A DNA stretch of 64,000 nt from contig OZ296648.1 of NCBI GenBank assembly GCA_965655095.1, positions 56,668,001 to 56,732,000 of the forward strand, given 5' to 3'. The notes beneath the pieces were generated by a model. The model made no database searches, was not told where the DNA came from, and saw only the letters and a list, made by a program, of their open reading frames with translations. Source of the DNA: Haplodiscus bocki (Eukaryota). Below are positions 36,701 through 49,624 of this stretch, in pieces. Both the position numbers and the translations under genes were made by a program. Position 1 is the first letter of the stretch, and every line of letters starts with the position of its first letter.

Positions 36701-39560
36701 GAATTTGGTTGATGATTTCGATTTTTCGTTCGGAATGGTTTCTGGCGAATGCTTCGATTTCTCCAAGTCGGTTGACTGCAATCTTGTGACGAGGCAAGCA
36801 TTGATTGGAAAAAATTCCTGTTCGATGCCGACTTTTCTTTCTCTGGTGTTTCTGCTCCGGATTTGGACGTACTGCTTTTGCGTAGTGTCCAGGTTTGTGC
36901 AATTCTACGTGCAAACGGCTGAATTTCGGAACTTCTGGAGAAAAAGTTGCCAGTGCACTTTGTGACAGCTGTGCCAGCCCGTTGAAAGGAGGAGCTGGAT
37001 TTTGTGAAGGTGGAGCTGTACAACGTAGTGCGTCTTTGGCTGAGGAAGGAGAGACTGGAGCCCGGTCTTCGCGCTTTTTCTTGACTGCTGTGAACCTTGC
37101 GTGACAACTCAATGCCTCTACACAAATTATGCGCTTTTGATCTTGTGGCTGTGAACAAGGGGACCGTCAGGAACTGCTTGTTGTCTGCACAGATTTACTT
37201 GGGTAGTCATTCGGAACCCATGTACGATGTTTTGATTGACAGGGTGGTTTCTGCGTCAAGAAGACCTGTCAGTCACGTGCCTGATTCGAATCATGCTAAC
37301 CCTTGATTGCTAACTGTGGGTGGAGCTGGAAGCTGAATCTTGCGTGGAACACTTAGCCGCCTGGAGGCCATCCTTCCAATCAACTGTTTCAAACGACGAC
37401 GTAGATGTGGATCGGCCTCCCAGTATCGGAATTCTCTGTCTGCTGTCGTTCGGTGGTGCGGGGTTTTTGAACACTGTGCATTGACTGCCGTTTGGAGTTT
37501 GGTAGGTGTCTTTATAAGCTTGGTGTACTGTTGGTCAAAAAACAAGCAAATCAATTTCAATCTCCACACTTGGTTTTCTGGCGGCGGAGTAGAGGTGTGT
37601 CGGGCAATGATTTATGCTGAATTGCTTTCCTGTGGAATTCTTGACGTTATAAGCAAAGGAAGTCCGCTCTTTGGGCTGTTATTTTGACTTGATGATGGAC
37701 CGCGAGGTTGTCTGCAGCACATTTCTCATCTCCGCAAAATGTTTTGACGTGTAAAGAAGGAAAGTTTACTTGAATTTTCTTGGTGGCGTAATTGTTGAAC
37801 TCTTTGTAATAGTGTTTGCATTTTTAATTAGTGTACTTTTTCTTGATGTCTGTCAGTTGATTTGATAAGCTTGTTTCTTGTTTGTGTTGCTTTTGACAGG
37901 CTGCGTACTAGTTTTTTGAATCTCCGGTAAAATGGGATTTGGACGGACAGAAAACATTTAAAAAACGAAAAACAACATAACAATAGATTAACTCGTACCT
38001 AGTGGCAAAAGTTTACCTTGGACAGCAAACTGGTACAAAAAAAGAAAACTAAGAAGAAGAAAAACAGGTTGCGGCCTTGGTGGTTGATTCAAAAAAAAGA
38101 TTCTGAAATTTCTTGTTTCTGTGGAAATGGATGAGGTGGTGAGTAATGAGGGAAACAAGTATATCGAAAAATAAAAAGTTGTAAGAACATATAAGATCAC
38201 ATGTTGCGAAAAAGATGCCTTCAGTTGCTAAACTTAGATTTTGATCCACTGAAACTGAACCTTTTTGGTTGCTGTTGGAACTAACCTCTAATTTTGCAGT
38301 CTTTTTAGGCTTTTAGATTTATGTTCAAGCTCCTTTTGTTAGAAAAACTCAGCTGGTTCCGGCATCTAATTCACTGAAAAAATGCTTTTCATTTAATGCA
38401 AGTTTTGATGGAAAGCACATTTTTTAGTTTAGCATTAAGAGTAGTTGCATTTGTCGGCCAATGTAAACCTATGCAATTGCATTTTTTAGTGGTGGAGATA
38501 GACCGAGACTTTTTTGGTTTGGCAATGTCTTTTTGCTCTCTGGTGTTAGCGATAGTGCTTTTACTTGTAATCTCAAACCTTGTTCTATAACTTTTGAACA
38601 AACTGAATTGTTTAAATGAAGTAGTCGGAAAACTGATGTTTTCCCGTACGTGACTTTCTGTTGTCGGTACTGACTAAGGAAGTGCTGCTTTGGTACGGAT
38701 GTTTTCCAGTGTGCTTCTGACACAGGTGTCCGGTTTGTCTTGAGGCTCCTGATGCAAGCAGTCGTTTTGTCTGTTGTGTCTGTGGCTTCAGTGATTAAAT
38801 TGTTGTCTCATTTGTGCCTTGGCACTCTCAATTTGATTTACCAGACAGTCACGAAAAAGTATCGGTGCCGGGTTTGCTCTCAAATTGTATCGGTTTGATT
38901 TTGTTTTCGATGGTCTGTCGCTTTCAGTCTGTGGGTTGGTTTCTTTTCTTTTTGAAGATCGTTCCGTTTCATTCCATTTATCCCTTACATGTGAATCAGC
39001 AGGGCTGTCTTTTGTGTTAGTTATGGGTGCTGGCAGGAATTGATTATAGGACACCCGTTCTTCTTTTGGTCCATCAATTTCCATCGGTATATGTTGAGAC
39101 CGGGCAGACGTCAGTTTTTGCCTTCCGAGCGGCGTGTCGGGTGTGACTGCTGTTCTTCAGGCAACAACTTCTGGGACGTAGCCGTCGAAAGATGTCGGTG
39201 TTTCGTTTCCGCGGATGGTCTCCGCTGTTTCCTCCTCGAGTCTGTTTTGTTTTGCGTTGTCCATTAGGGGTGGTAGGTTTTCATCAAAACTGTCTGTGTC
39301 CTCGGTGGCTTCTCTGTCAGGATACAGTTCCTTTTGATTCACTCCGATGACATCGATTTTGATGTGAGGTACAAAGTAGTCGCGTTTAGTGAGCACATTG
39401 GTTTTTGTGTGAATGGTGCAATTACAACTGAATTGTACCTTCCCCACTTTGTAGGGTCCTCGCCAGTAGAAAGAGTAAAATTTTGGTCGAAACTCTCGTA
39501 TTCAAACATTTCAATCAGTAAAAGTAAGAGGTTGTTTACTCTGGAATACCAGCGAGACAT
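30730..39560 (-). mobile_element. second Gypsy-like LTR element remnant: pol 3' end plus long downstream region
   Basis: Integrase tail at the right end; consistent strand skew (A/C-rich minus strand) and broken ORFs down to the gap; no LTR found. Confidence 0.45.
38788..39560 (-). pseudogene. pol: Gypsy integrase C-terminal (GPY/F) region and tail
   Basis: LYWRGPYKVGKV, FVPHIKIDVI..ELYPD, terminal RYNLRANPAP. Confidence 0.7.
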
Positions 39561-39599
39561 CAGATAAAACCAAAAAGCGGAATAGACACTAAATCGGGA

Positions 39600-41340
39600 A
39601 GGAAAAAAATTCTGATCTGAAGGACTCCGAGTACCACGTCAGGAAGATTGAAAACAACCCTTGCAAGAGATGCCAGAGGTTTCGAGTAGTATTGTCTGCT
39701 GGAAGTTGTTTGTGAGAGTTACAAAGGTAATTGGAGTCGTTCAGCGGAAAAAGTTCACTACCTTCCTTTTTGTACTGGAAAGAAGAGATTACGGATTGTC
39801 GTTCCACAAAAACATATCTTTTGCAAGAAACTTTTGAGTATGCTTTTTAAAAACACTTGTGAAAAAGTAAACCTTGAAATGAAAAACCAAATCTGTCTAA
39901 AAGACGCCCGATTGGCAGGATCCGAAGCCACAGACTTTTGCAATACTAAATTTGAGTAATGCAAAAAGCAACGATGATCTGGGCAACAGAGAGTTCAAAA
40001 GTTGATCAATATTACCTGAAAAATTCAAGCATGTTTTCATCAACCTCAACTGCAACAAACACGAGTTTCCGGCAGTCTTCTGGACTGGAGATTTGGTACC
40101 GATCCATAAAAACTGGGCTTAAACCTTCTATGGACAGATGATGAGGCATTGCCTGCTTGCAAATGTGAGAAATTTGTCGAAGAGTTTGCTGTTCAACAGA
40201 TAATTCCAAATCGTTCCACTAAAAAGAAATGTTCAGCATTACAACAGTTGCAAAAGCAAGTCAACGAGGACGAAAATTGTTACATTCTTGCGCATGATGG
40301 TCGGAGGTAATTGAAATGCGTTCTCTAAAATTGGACTTCGGAGAGGACTCCGATAAATGCTACCAAGGCGTACGCTCTCAGAAGTAGTATCTCTACGCCT
40401 TCCTTGGAATTGTAATGGCTTTGACCAAAGTCTACATGACAGACAGGAAGCAGGGGATAACAAGAGGTAAAGCGTGATCAGAAAAACTCAAAGTGCCCAG
40501 CGGAGATTAGCAGGATTCAATTTCAGGCCCAGGTGATTCAATGTTCATGCAAGACTTATCAGAGAAATCATGATATACTAATTTGGACTTGCTGCTAATC
40601 GTAAAACCAAATCAGACAAACTCGTAAGTCATCTTTCTGCAGACAGACGCTCAAACATTGTCAGGTAGGTTTCGTTCGGAAGAGACGCGTCTGAACACAA
40701 AAATTCACAATCGGAAACTCTAAAGGCTGAAGTCATCGTGGGCAATGAAATCCTGACCCGAAATCGGCAGGCTGAGAAGCGCGTCTGCAGAGCAAGGAGT
40801 GCTTCTTCTCGGTTGAAGAAGCTTACTGCGTTGAGTACTAATTGAGGATTTGGAATGGAGTGTTTACTTTTATTTCTTGTTTTGTCATTAGGAGCCAGTC
40901 CGTTGAGAAACTTGAAGAAGCATCTCGAAGCAAAATAATCTGTCCACAAACGAGGAGCAACGAACTGGATAACAACACCATCTCTCAGCTACAAAGAGAC
41001 AAGTGGAGCTCGGTCTACTCCACTCTCACTAGATATTTGGTTACAAGTCTTGTTGCTTTTTAGTGGCATCAGTGGCAAATTACAATTGACTGCTCAAAGT
41101 TGCAGCAGTGAAACGTGAACTCTGCCGAAGAAAATGTACAAAAAAATTGCGAGATATACCGCGGAACTGCCTTGTGGAGAGAAACGAAAGTTTTTTCTCG
41201 CTGAGAGTTTGCTTACTTGTCAACATCATCAAGCATTACCCTGGGGAAAAATATAACAACCTCAGATAACCGGAAACCATTTGTCATGGAAGTGTAGTCA
41301 CGTTTTCAATAGAACACCTTAACGAAGACGACTTAAGCAC
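39600..41340 (+). pseudogene. decayed LINE reverse transcriptase fragment
   Basis: EFPAVFWTGDLVPIHK; LDFGEDSDKC; VYMTDRKQ; KVPSGD.QDSISGP: degenerate RT motifs in order. Confidence 0.6.
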
Positions 41341-42095
41341 CTGGAGACTCATATGTCTGTGCAGAATGTAGAAACAAGATGAATTTGGATTTGACTTAAA
41401 GAACTTTCATGAATGATTGAGAGATTGTTCTCTATCCCCGTGTCATACCCAAATCCTTCATTATTATTGTTTGTACTATTTTTATAATTATTATTCATAT
41501 TGCTGTAGTACAGTATTGAAGGGGGCTTAAACCCAAACAGTATCAATCCCCGCAATTTTTGAGTAACGAGAGTTTTGCTTCTGGGTTACAGTATCCACAT
41601 TAACATAAAATGCGTCATGTACAAGTGTTGTCCTCGTTGTAGTGAAGGTCCCGGTACTTCCAATACAGTGCTGTGAGTTTTTCCTTTACAAGAGTTACGT
41701 CTAGATGAAGATATTCGCCAAACAAATTCTATAGGAAAACTGCTGTTCTGCTTTTCAGTATGAAATTTAGCGGGTGCGGTGGCGCATTTAACAGACCGGT
41801 TTTGTTCGAGAAACATTCTTTTCTTTGTAAGGAATTTTACAGAAGAGTGATTTAACCGTAGCTTGAGATATTACAAAGCTGCGGAAGTTGACCTCAGAAT
41901 TTCACTCGCCCAGCTTCGGATCATCGCCCAGGCCCTTAGAGCTATTCAAAATTTGTCCTCGCGTTGTCATGCTGTAAGCTACAACTGAAGTAAACCATAG
42001 GTGTTGGTTTTACTATACTACTCTGCTACTACTAAGCCAGGTAGGAATCAACCAGTAATCCGCCCTTTTTGGAAGCGTTCTGCAACAATAGGCTT

Positions 42096-42097
<2 letters not shown>

Positions 42098-42135
<38 letters not shown>
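42098..42135 (-). repeat. (GA)n = (CT)n LINE tail
   Basis: Seen directly. Confidence 0.95.
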
Positions 42136-42141
<6 letters not shown>

Positions 42142-42183
42142 CAATTCCTTTTCAGGTATCCAAGAAATCTAAGAAGAGAAAGA

Positions 42184-45011
42184 TCATATCAGACTTTTCA
42201 AATGTGAGCATTTAGCACAGCAGCAACAAATATAATAGGTACAAGTGTTATCGAAATCAAAGGTTTTATTCAACAGAAAAAGTTTTACACTTCTGATTGA
42301 GGATGGATGCGGTTCACTGATTATAGAATGACGATGGAGATAATTGAAAGACATAACTGAGTTTCTCAGAACAGAATGTTTCATGTTCGAAGAAAGGACA
42401 AGGGGGTTGAAAGAACTCAGCCTTTTATAAGGTTTTCGTGGCTGATACGTCACCATTTCATCAACATTGTAGGCGTATTTATTTAAAAATAAGTTAAGTA
42501 GAAGTGAATGGGACTCCAGCTCTATATGGTAAGCAATTGGCAGTAGGTTGTTAGTTTTCAAAGTTCTTTCATAATTCAGCTTTTTTCCAAAAATCCACCG
42601 GAAGCAAAATTTTTGGAAGGACTCCAATTTCTTCAACGAAGACATACTTGGAGAACAGATGACGGTGCCATAGAGAAGGACAGATAGGACCATGCTGCGA
42701 TAGAGGTTATACTTTGTCTTCGAAGGCGTGCTCCAAGGAATAGTATTTTTCAGAAGAAAAAAAAATTGCGCGCTTTGCTGATTCTGATGTCAATATGGTT
42801 GTCCCATTTCAAGTTAGAGGTCACTACGACTTCGAGGTCTCTTTGCGAATTTACATTCATCAAGTTAATGCCACTTAGATTAACGCCAGTGACAGATTTA
42901 AAGTTGAGAGTCTTTGTTTTAGCTGTGTTGGCTAGCATTCCATTTGAGAGGTTCCAGTTATGCAATCTACTTAAGTCGTCATGGAAGTTAGCTGTATTGA
43001 ACAAAAGTTTCAAATCATCGGCAAAAAGCCAAGGTATAGCATCTAAAAAGATTGCTGGAAGATCATTAATAAACAGTCGAAGAAGAAGCGGAACCAATAC
43101 AGAGACTTGTGGTACTCCACTAAGTACAGGAAGGCATATGAGAGCTGACCTTGGGCAGAAACTTTTGCGTTCTGTCGAGCAGGTAAGATCTCATCAAAGA
43201 AACGAAATTCAGATCCATACCAAATGTGTGAAGTTTCTTCAATAGGACAGCATAAGGCACTTTATCGAAGGCTTTAGCGTAATCAAGGTACTCAGCAAAC
43301 AGAATGCTTGAAGATTGTCTGAATATAGTTTCAAGATAGTCGGGAAGTTGCAGGACTGCTCCTCGTCTGGCTTGGAAACCGAATTGTTTCGGATGTAGTT
43401 TGTCTTTGATGGCTGAATAGATGTAATTGAAAAGAATGCGTTCAAAAATTAAAGAGACTTTCGGAAGGAGACTGATGGTTCTATAGTTTTCTATGCAATT
43501 TTTAGGACCATCTTTATGTAGCGGTAGTATGTGAGACACTTTCCACTCTGGTGGAAAAATCCGGGTCAAGACAACCGATGAAAATACAGGATGCAGAAGT
43601 TTTCCAAATAACTCTGAGTGAAGTTTCAATAGACGTGTGGGAAAGCCGTCGTGGGTTGGTGACGTAGAAGACTTCAGATTGTTTACGAAGTTGACAATTT
43701 CCCAGGGAGAGAAGGTGTGAAGTACTCCATCAAGCTCAAGTGAGCAGTCGGTCGAAGGCACAACATCATCAAAGTGTTGCAAGTTGAAATTTTCAGCGAA
43801 GAAATCATTGAACCCATTTACAATTGCAGCAACTGAGTTGAAATAATTGTCTCCGCGGAACATTATTTGAGGAAGGGTTTGGCTGGAAAGAGAGCGCAGA
43901 AGTTTGAAGCTTTCAGAGATTATGTGGGTGGTGGAGCCATGAAGTAAAGTGATTCTGTCCAACTCTGCAGAATCGTCGAAATCTTTCTGTGAGCTTTTCA
44001 GATTGGTCAAGTTTTTATTAGTTGGATTTCGTATACAACGTCGTTTAAGAGTTTCATGTCTATTGTAGCAGTGGACAGTGTGTGGAGTGTAATAATATGG
44101 TAACTTTACACGTTTTGTTCGTTTCTTGACTAGAGTAAGAGCGATTGCATTATGAAGGTGTAAGTAGAATTCTTCTACGGTGCTACTAGGGTGGTTGGAA
44201 TAATCAAAGGGTTGCCAGTAGCTTCGAAATTTGTTTAACGAGCGCAAGTTGTTAAAATTGTATTGCAGAGGACTAGATACCAATACGAGTTGTTCTGAAA
44301 TAATACACTCAAAAAATATAGGATAGTGATCACTGATATTGGCACCCGAGTCGATTGATAATTGATTGAAAAGGGAAGGATCACTCACTAGAATGTCATC
44401 CAGAACAATGTTAGCTAAGTGCGTTGGGGTGTTAATAATGATTGGAGTGAGAAAGTGATTGCTCAGAATATCTAAGACATGAAGTTCATAATCAACGCTA
44501 CTACTCAACGTTTTCCAATGTGATTTCGGAAGATTGAAGTCACCTAAGACAAAAAATGGGGTAAAGAATTTGAATGTTCAGAGATAAGAGAGTTGAGGAG
44601 GCTATCAATGCACGCAGAAAGTTCATTTGCTGATACACTGTAACGACTGCTAGAAAGGGGAAGGTAGACAAGTAGCAGTAGTATTGGTGAGACATTCCGG
44701 CTATTTAGCACGAACGCACAAGCAAAGTCGAAACAGTCATCTAGCGGTATTTTTGAGAAATTGATGCTAGAGGACACCCTTTTCAAGGTAATGACCCCGC
44801 CGTGAGGGCCATTACAACGGTCACGTCTTCCGATTACAGTGTACTGCCCAAACAGCGAGGCAACATTGTCGTCAAAAGTGTGATCCAACCAAGTTTCAGT
44901 GATGAATGTGGATTCAATTTGGTTGGTGATAAGGTAGTCAAGTAGGCGTGATCGCTTTGCTATAGTTGTTAATCCACGAGCATTTAGAAGACATATCTTT
45001 GGGTTAACTAG
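42184..45011 (-). pseudogene. LINE ORF2: APE endonuclease + RT
   Basis: ICLLNARG, ITETWL, DRCNGPHGGV, LGDFNLP, ISDHYPI; NYRTISLLPKVS, QFGFQ, YLDYAKAFDKVP, GVPQVSV, WLFADDLKL; terminal CTYYICCCCAKC. Confidence 0.92.
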
Positions 45012-45014
45012 TCA

Positions 45015-45846
45015 TTACGGACCAGAATTAGGATATAAATTATCAGAGATTGTGTTAATTGTCATCATGAACTTGTCAATGTCAGAAACATCAACAGGAG
45101 AGGCATTGTAGAATAGTTTGAGGTCTCTTATCCGGAAGAGTGAACGATCGGCACCTTTCTTAACCATTTCAAATCTTGCATGAAGAAGCTCTTTCTCAAT
45201 AAGACGATCCTTCCAACACCGTTTTGGTTTCACGAAGACTGCAGTACTTTTTAACTTGGATACATTGCTCATGAGGAGACTTATCGAAAACTGAGTTCAA
45301 ACAGACTTCAATGGGACGAGGTCTAGAAGGCACAGAGGATTTCTTTATTTCGACCAGCTTTGCGTTCACCAAGCCTTTTGGCACATTTAACTACAGAGGA
45401 AGGAATTTCTAGCGTTTTCAAAAAGGGTTCCAGTTGCTGAGTAATTGGAATGTCATCGGAATGGTCAGCAATATTGTAAAACACAACGGTTTCAGATGCC
45501 GCTTTGTCATAATCTCTTTCATCTAGGGACTTCTTCACTATGTCAGCCCAGACTGCTGGTTCTGATGTCTCAGATATAATTTTCGGGGAAGTTTTGCCGA
45601 TTTCAGTACAGAGTTTTGAAGTTGTTGGAGGCAGCGTTTGTTTTCATCCCAGCATGTTATCAATTGCTCGTTTTGTTTCTTGGCATCGTTCAGTTGCGAC
45701 AGAGTTTCACATAGTAAACATTCCAAAGTAGCCTTTTTAGCCTTAGAAAGAAAGCTGGTTAGGTCACTGTTGGATGTGTTCAGGAGTTCAGCAACGGTAG
45801 GGTAATAGTTGTTATCAGAAGCAATCCTATTCCTGGGATCACTCAT
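45015..45846 (-). pseudogene. LINE ORF1
   Basis: YYPTVAELL, coiled coil, WADIVKKSL, VVFYNIAD, KRLG, RPRPIEV, VFVKP, RIRDLKL. Confidence 0.75.
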
Positions 45847-45994
45847 CTTTTGAAGGGGCTCAGAGCCAGAGACCCAATAAGCACACCTTTCGAAGACGGT
45901 ATATCAGAAATGCTCAACTTACACGTACAGAGAATCCTATTGGGAGGGGCTCAGAGCCAGTGACTCAACAAGCACACCTACTTAACAAGATTCG

Positions 45995-46591
45995 TCACTG
46001 AAGGTGTTTTGGGATTCGCCTCTTCTTCGCTTCGCGTCTGTCAATTGTGTTCCTGCGTTTCGTTCCTCCAGTTTTGAAAATTCGTTTGATGTTTGTTTCG
46101 TAATGAAGGTTTACAGACAAAGATCGAAGCTCAAGATCAGCAGACAGATGAAGACGTTTATATTGAGAGATAATAGTATCGTTGAGTTGTTCTGTTGCGC
46201 TTATGATATGCTTCGTGACATCAATAACGTAACAGGGCAAAGCTTTAAGAAGGTCCTCGAAGATGTAGGGGGCACCGTCACGTTGGCAAGTTACCACACA
46301 AAAAAGGTTTTGGAGACTTCTTAGGGTTTCGATAAGTTGGGGAACAGTTTGAGGGATATTTTTTTTCTTCGGATGAGAAGTGAGGGTGTTGTTAAGTAAA
46401 TCGTGCCAGAGGATTAGCTGAACATTCCTCAACGGGGCAGAAGTCAGATAAGGGTAAACGAAACGATTGTTGGTCGGATCAAGATTTAAACCAGGAAAAT
46501 AATAGATAATTCCGGAAAGATTATCTTCTTCAGCTTGTGGGAGTGACTTTAGGGAGTGATGCAGGGAGCTGGCAGCAATGATCTTTATCAT
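45995..46591 (-). CDS. LINE-associated ORF0, SGNH esterase-like fold
   Basis: Intact frame; IIAASSL (block I-like), YFPGLNL (block II-like), LILWHDLLNN (block III-like), KRLHL (block V-like); basic C-terminus. Confidence 0.5.
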   Translation of the reverse strand: MIKIIAASSLHHSLKSLPQAEEDNLSGIIYYFPGLNLDPTNNRFVYPYLTSAPLRNVQLILWHDLLNNTLTSHPKKKNIPQTVPQLIETLRSLQNLFCVVTCQRDGAPYIFEDLLKALPCYVIDVTKHIISATEQLNDTIISQYKRLHLSADLELRSLSVNLHYETNIKRIFKTGGTKRRNTIDRREAKKRRIPKHLQ

Positions 46592-47287
46592 CTGTTGAGA
46601 AAAATCCAATTTCTAGTCAGCTTCCTCTGAATTTGTGAAGATCAATCAAAGGGGGCCACCACAGCTGCCCCAGCCGATCATTATTTAACTGAAACCTATT
46701 TAACTGAAGGGGGAGTCTTCGAACTTTTCAATACGTCTATCCCAACGCTTAAACTGACAAATGTCAAATAGCTAATGATTGCACCGTTCTAAGGATGCTC
46801 TGATTCCCCATTGAATCAGGTTCGAGGTTTTGGGTGTGTCTATCGCCAGTTCACCTTTTGCATGGATTTTGTCCTTTCCTGAGTCTTCCCTGTCCCTGGG
46901 ATGGGGAATCCTTGGATAGAAATAATGTCTAGACTGAACTTACAGAAATGTGAAAAGGGAAAAGCCATTTAAAATCAATTTATCACATCAGTTAGTGCGT
47001 ATGATAGACTTTTTACCTCTTATTTGGCTTCAATGAATCAAACTTTTAAGCCGGTAATTTGCCAATTCGATGTGATTTAATTTGTTTATCATTTCAGAGG
47101 ATGCTTTAGCCTTCGTCTCATCAACATTCAGTCGCTCCAACAATGTCTGCGGGATCCAGTTACAGCTACCCGGTTGGCTATAGACTTTTAACAATTTTTC
47201 TAAGATGATGACGGCGAGTACCACCGGCATACTTTCTGTTCTCCAATTTTAATAACGTTTCCTTTTAGAAAGATGAAAGAGTTTTCT

Positions 47288-47579
47288 AGTCTTTTCCGTT
47301 ATCCCCCCCAGCCCTACTGACATTATTATTACTCCCTCGAGCTGCTGCTCAGCTGAGCAGTATGGTTCAAGCTTTTGTTTAATAAAGTTTTGCAATTACC
47401 TGTTCGTTTACTTCAACTAGCTTCAGCAAGCAGTCAGCTTTTGGAAGGTACTTGAGATTTGTGAATTGTGGGCACTGTCTACTGACTCGCAAAAGACGTG
47501 TTCAGTGAACACACTGGTAGCAGTAGCTAAAGCTTCGACTGAAAAAAATTATCCGCTGGGGGCATAACGGAAAAGACCC
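47288..47579. mobile_element. MITE with ~25-bp TIRs and 9-bp TSD (Mutator- or Merlin-like)
   Basis: GTCTTTTCCGTTAT(C/G)CCCCCAGC inverted at both ends; GAGTTTTCT at 47279-47287 and 47580-47588. Confidence 0.8.
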
Positions 47580-48479
47580 GAGTTTTCTTCGAAAATAATT
47601 CTTTAGCAATTTTTCCAGGTTTCTACCTTTCCTAATTTTTTGCATAAAAAACCTTAGTTAAGGTTGATAGTTAAGGTGTGAAAAAGCATTCAAAAAATAA
47701 TGCCATGTTATACGCATTCTACCGCGACTGTGCCACCTTTTAACGATTTTGAAAAAAAAACCATTTTTGTACGTTTGAAAAATCTTACTATTTCATTTGC
47801 TTTCTGCAGTAAATTTGCAATAATTTGGTGACATTAAATTCAGAATTGTGCAATTTTGCGAAATCGTTCACTTTGCAAGTGAAAGTTAAAGAAGTGCAGC
47901 GGCGAGAGAAATTTTCCCCTCCTTTTTATAGATATGAGAGAAAATAATTAAATACAATATCTAATTGTATGAAATCAAGAGGTTCCCTGACATAATATTC
48001 GATGAAGAACAAATGAAAACAATAATATATTTTGAAAATCAAAGGCGGATATTAAAAAATGGAAAAAGATGTCCATTGGGGAAATAGTTGATTAGGATTC
48101 CGCAAAATTAATGCAAAATGAATAATTTATTTTTTCACATTTTCTCTCCAAAACTATGAGAAAAATTTTGTGGCAGTTATGGCCCAAGATGTTATTTATG
48201 GCACAAGGCAAATTATTTCTCACGCTTTTAACCATAATTTTGGGAAAAGCAAAGATGACCCACTGATAAACAAGAACTTATGGTACTCTTAATTGTATTT
48301 TGAATGCACTAATTTTTTTGGTTAGAATTTCAGTTGAAGAAAGCTGAAATTTTAATTACGTTTAATCCTTCACGTTGTTCTTTTCGCTATTAAAGACCGA
48401 TGGGTATGAGGCATTTGTATGAAATACTTTTTCAAAATTCACTCATGAGCAAAAATGATCATTTTCGAATCTCAAGGAT

Positions 48480-49600
48480 TCGATGACTAAAATGTTTAGT
48501 ACAGTACGAACAAACGTTTTCATGTTGAGAAGTTCCAATTGTTTTTTAGAAAAGTACCCAAACTAAAAACAGTTTGAGACCCCTACTTTAGGTTTTTCGG
48601 GTCATTTCAGTCGTCAAATCATTAATTTTTGCCTAATTACATCAACACAAACCCCTCGAAGGCACAGTGTTTTACATTCCGTCTGAAAGGAAGATTATGA
48701 ATTGGAAACGGGCAATGCATTTTAACAGGTACTTGCTTATTTTCACCTTCTGAAAAGTACGAAAGTTTGAAAATTGGTCTGAAAAATGAACAACAGCGTT
48801 TGGAAGATTCATGTTTGACATAACAATGTTTTGAATATCCACGGTCTTGCTTGTTCTTGTTCATTTTGACTACGCATAATTTGTGAAGATTTTTTTTAAC
48901 ATTGGGCTTCAAAATGGCGTAACTTAAATGTATATATATTTTTGACAGATGAGCTTTTGCAGTATGAGACATTACAAGTACTTGACTCAAAGGACTTTTT
49001 CGAACATATTTTTGATTGGCAGCTGTTTTAGTAAGACTAGATGTGTCACATATCTCCGGGCATGGTTTCAAATGCCTTGTAAGATCTTTCACCTGAACTA
49101 ACCATTCAGAACGTATTGCGAAAATCTGCTTCGCCTCTGTGCAAGTCATTGGTGTTCCGACGAATCCATTATATGGTGGTGATATTAATATCTTTTCTTT
49201 CGGTCCACTATAATTGTCAACTGTTCTTTCTGTGTTGCAGTAACTGTGTGTTTCATCATACGGATTTTGATTTATTTTAGATTTTCACTACACATGCAAG
49301 TAAATTAGCTTCAGTGTACGTCATGAACAATGCTTTCGCTTTTTACAAATTTCTAGGCCTTGTTGAGTTTAAGCACTTTGAATTATGTGCATGCTGATAA
49401 AGTGTCGACATCTTTATTTTCCACCTTATTATAGCTGAAATATTCTCTTACGAGAAGACTTCTTAAATATTTTGGACTCAAACACTGAAATGTAGCAAAT
49501 TTGTCAGAGAATTCTACCAAAGTCGTTTGCATTAGAACAAGCAGCAGCTTTACAACCAACTTCCCAAAAAGTATCAAACAGGTTGAACGTTGTTACCTTG
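48480..49600 (-). mobile_element. decayed Penelope-like element fragment (RT thumb + GIY-YIG-like)
   Basis: KPCPEICDT..QKYVRK and STCNVSYC..NIY resemble the Cys linker and N-V-I-Y start of Penelope GIY-YIG domains. Confidence 0.35.
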
Positions 49601-49624
49601 ACAAAGTTCGGATATGATATAAAC

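Larger units (their letters stand above)
42098..46740 (-). mobile_element. CR1/L2-group LINE, near full length, three-ORF layout
   Basis: ORF0, ORF1, APE-RT ORF2 and (CT)n tail; related to the LINE at 9324-13091. Confidence 0.9.

Noticed and set aside
38230-38720. Possible env remnant after the second pol
   Set aside because: Only a vague KQFSL-like resemblance; no Cys pattern could be recovered.
46610-46740. Self-cleaving ribozyme at the LINE 5' end
   Set aside because: No hammerhead CUGANGA core or HDV-like nested pseudoknot could be built by eye.
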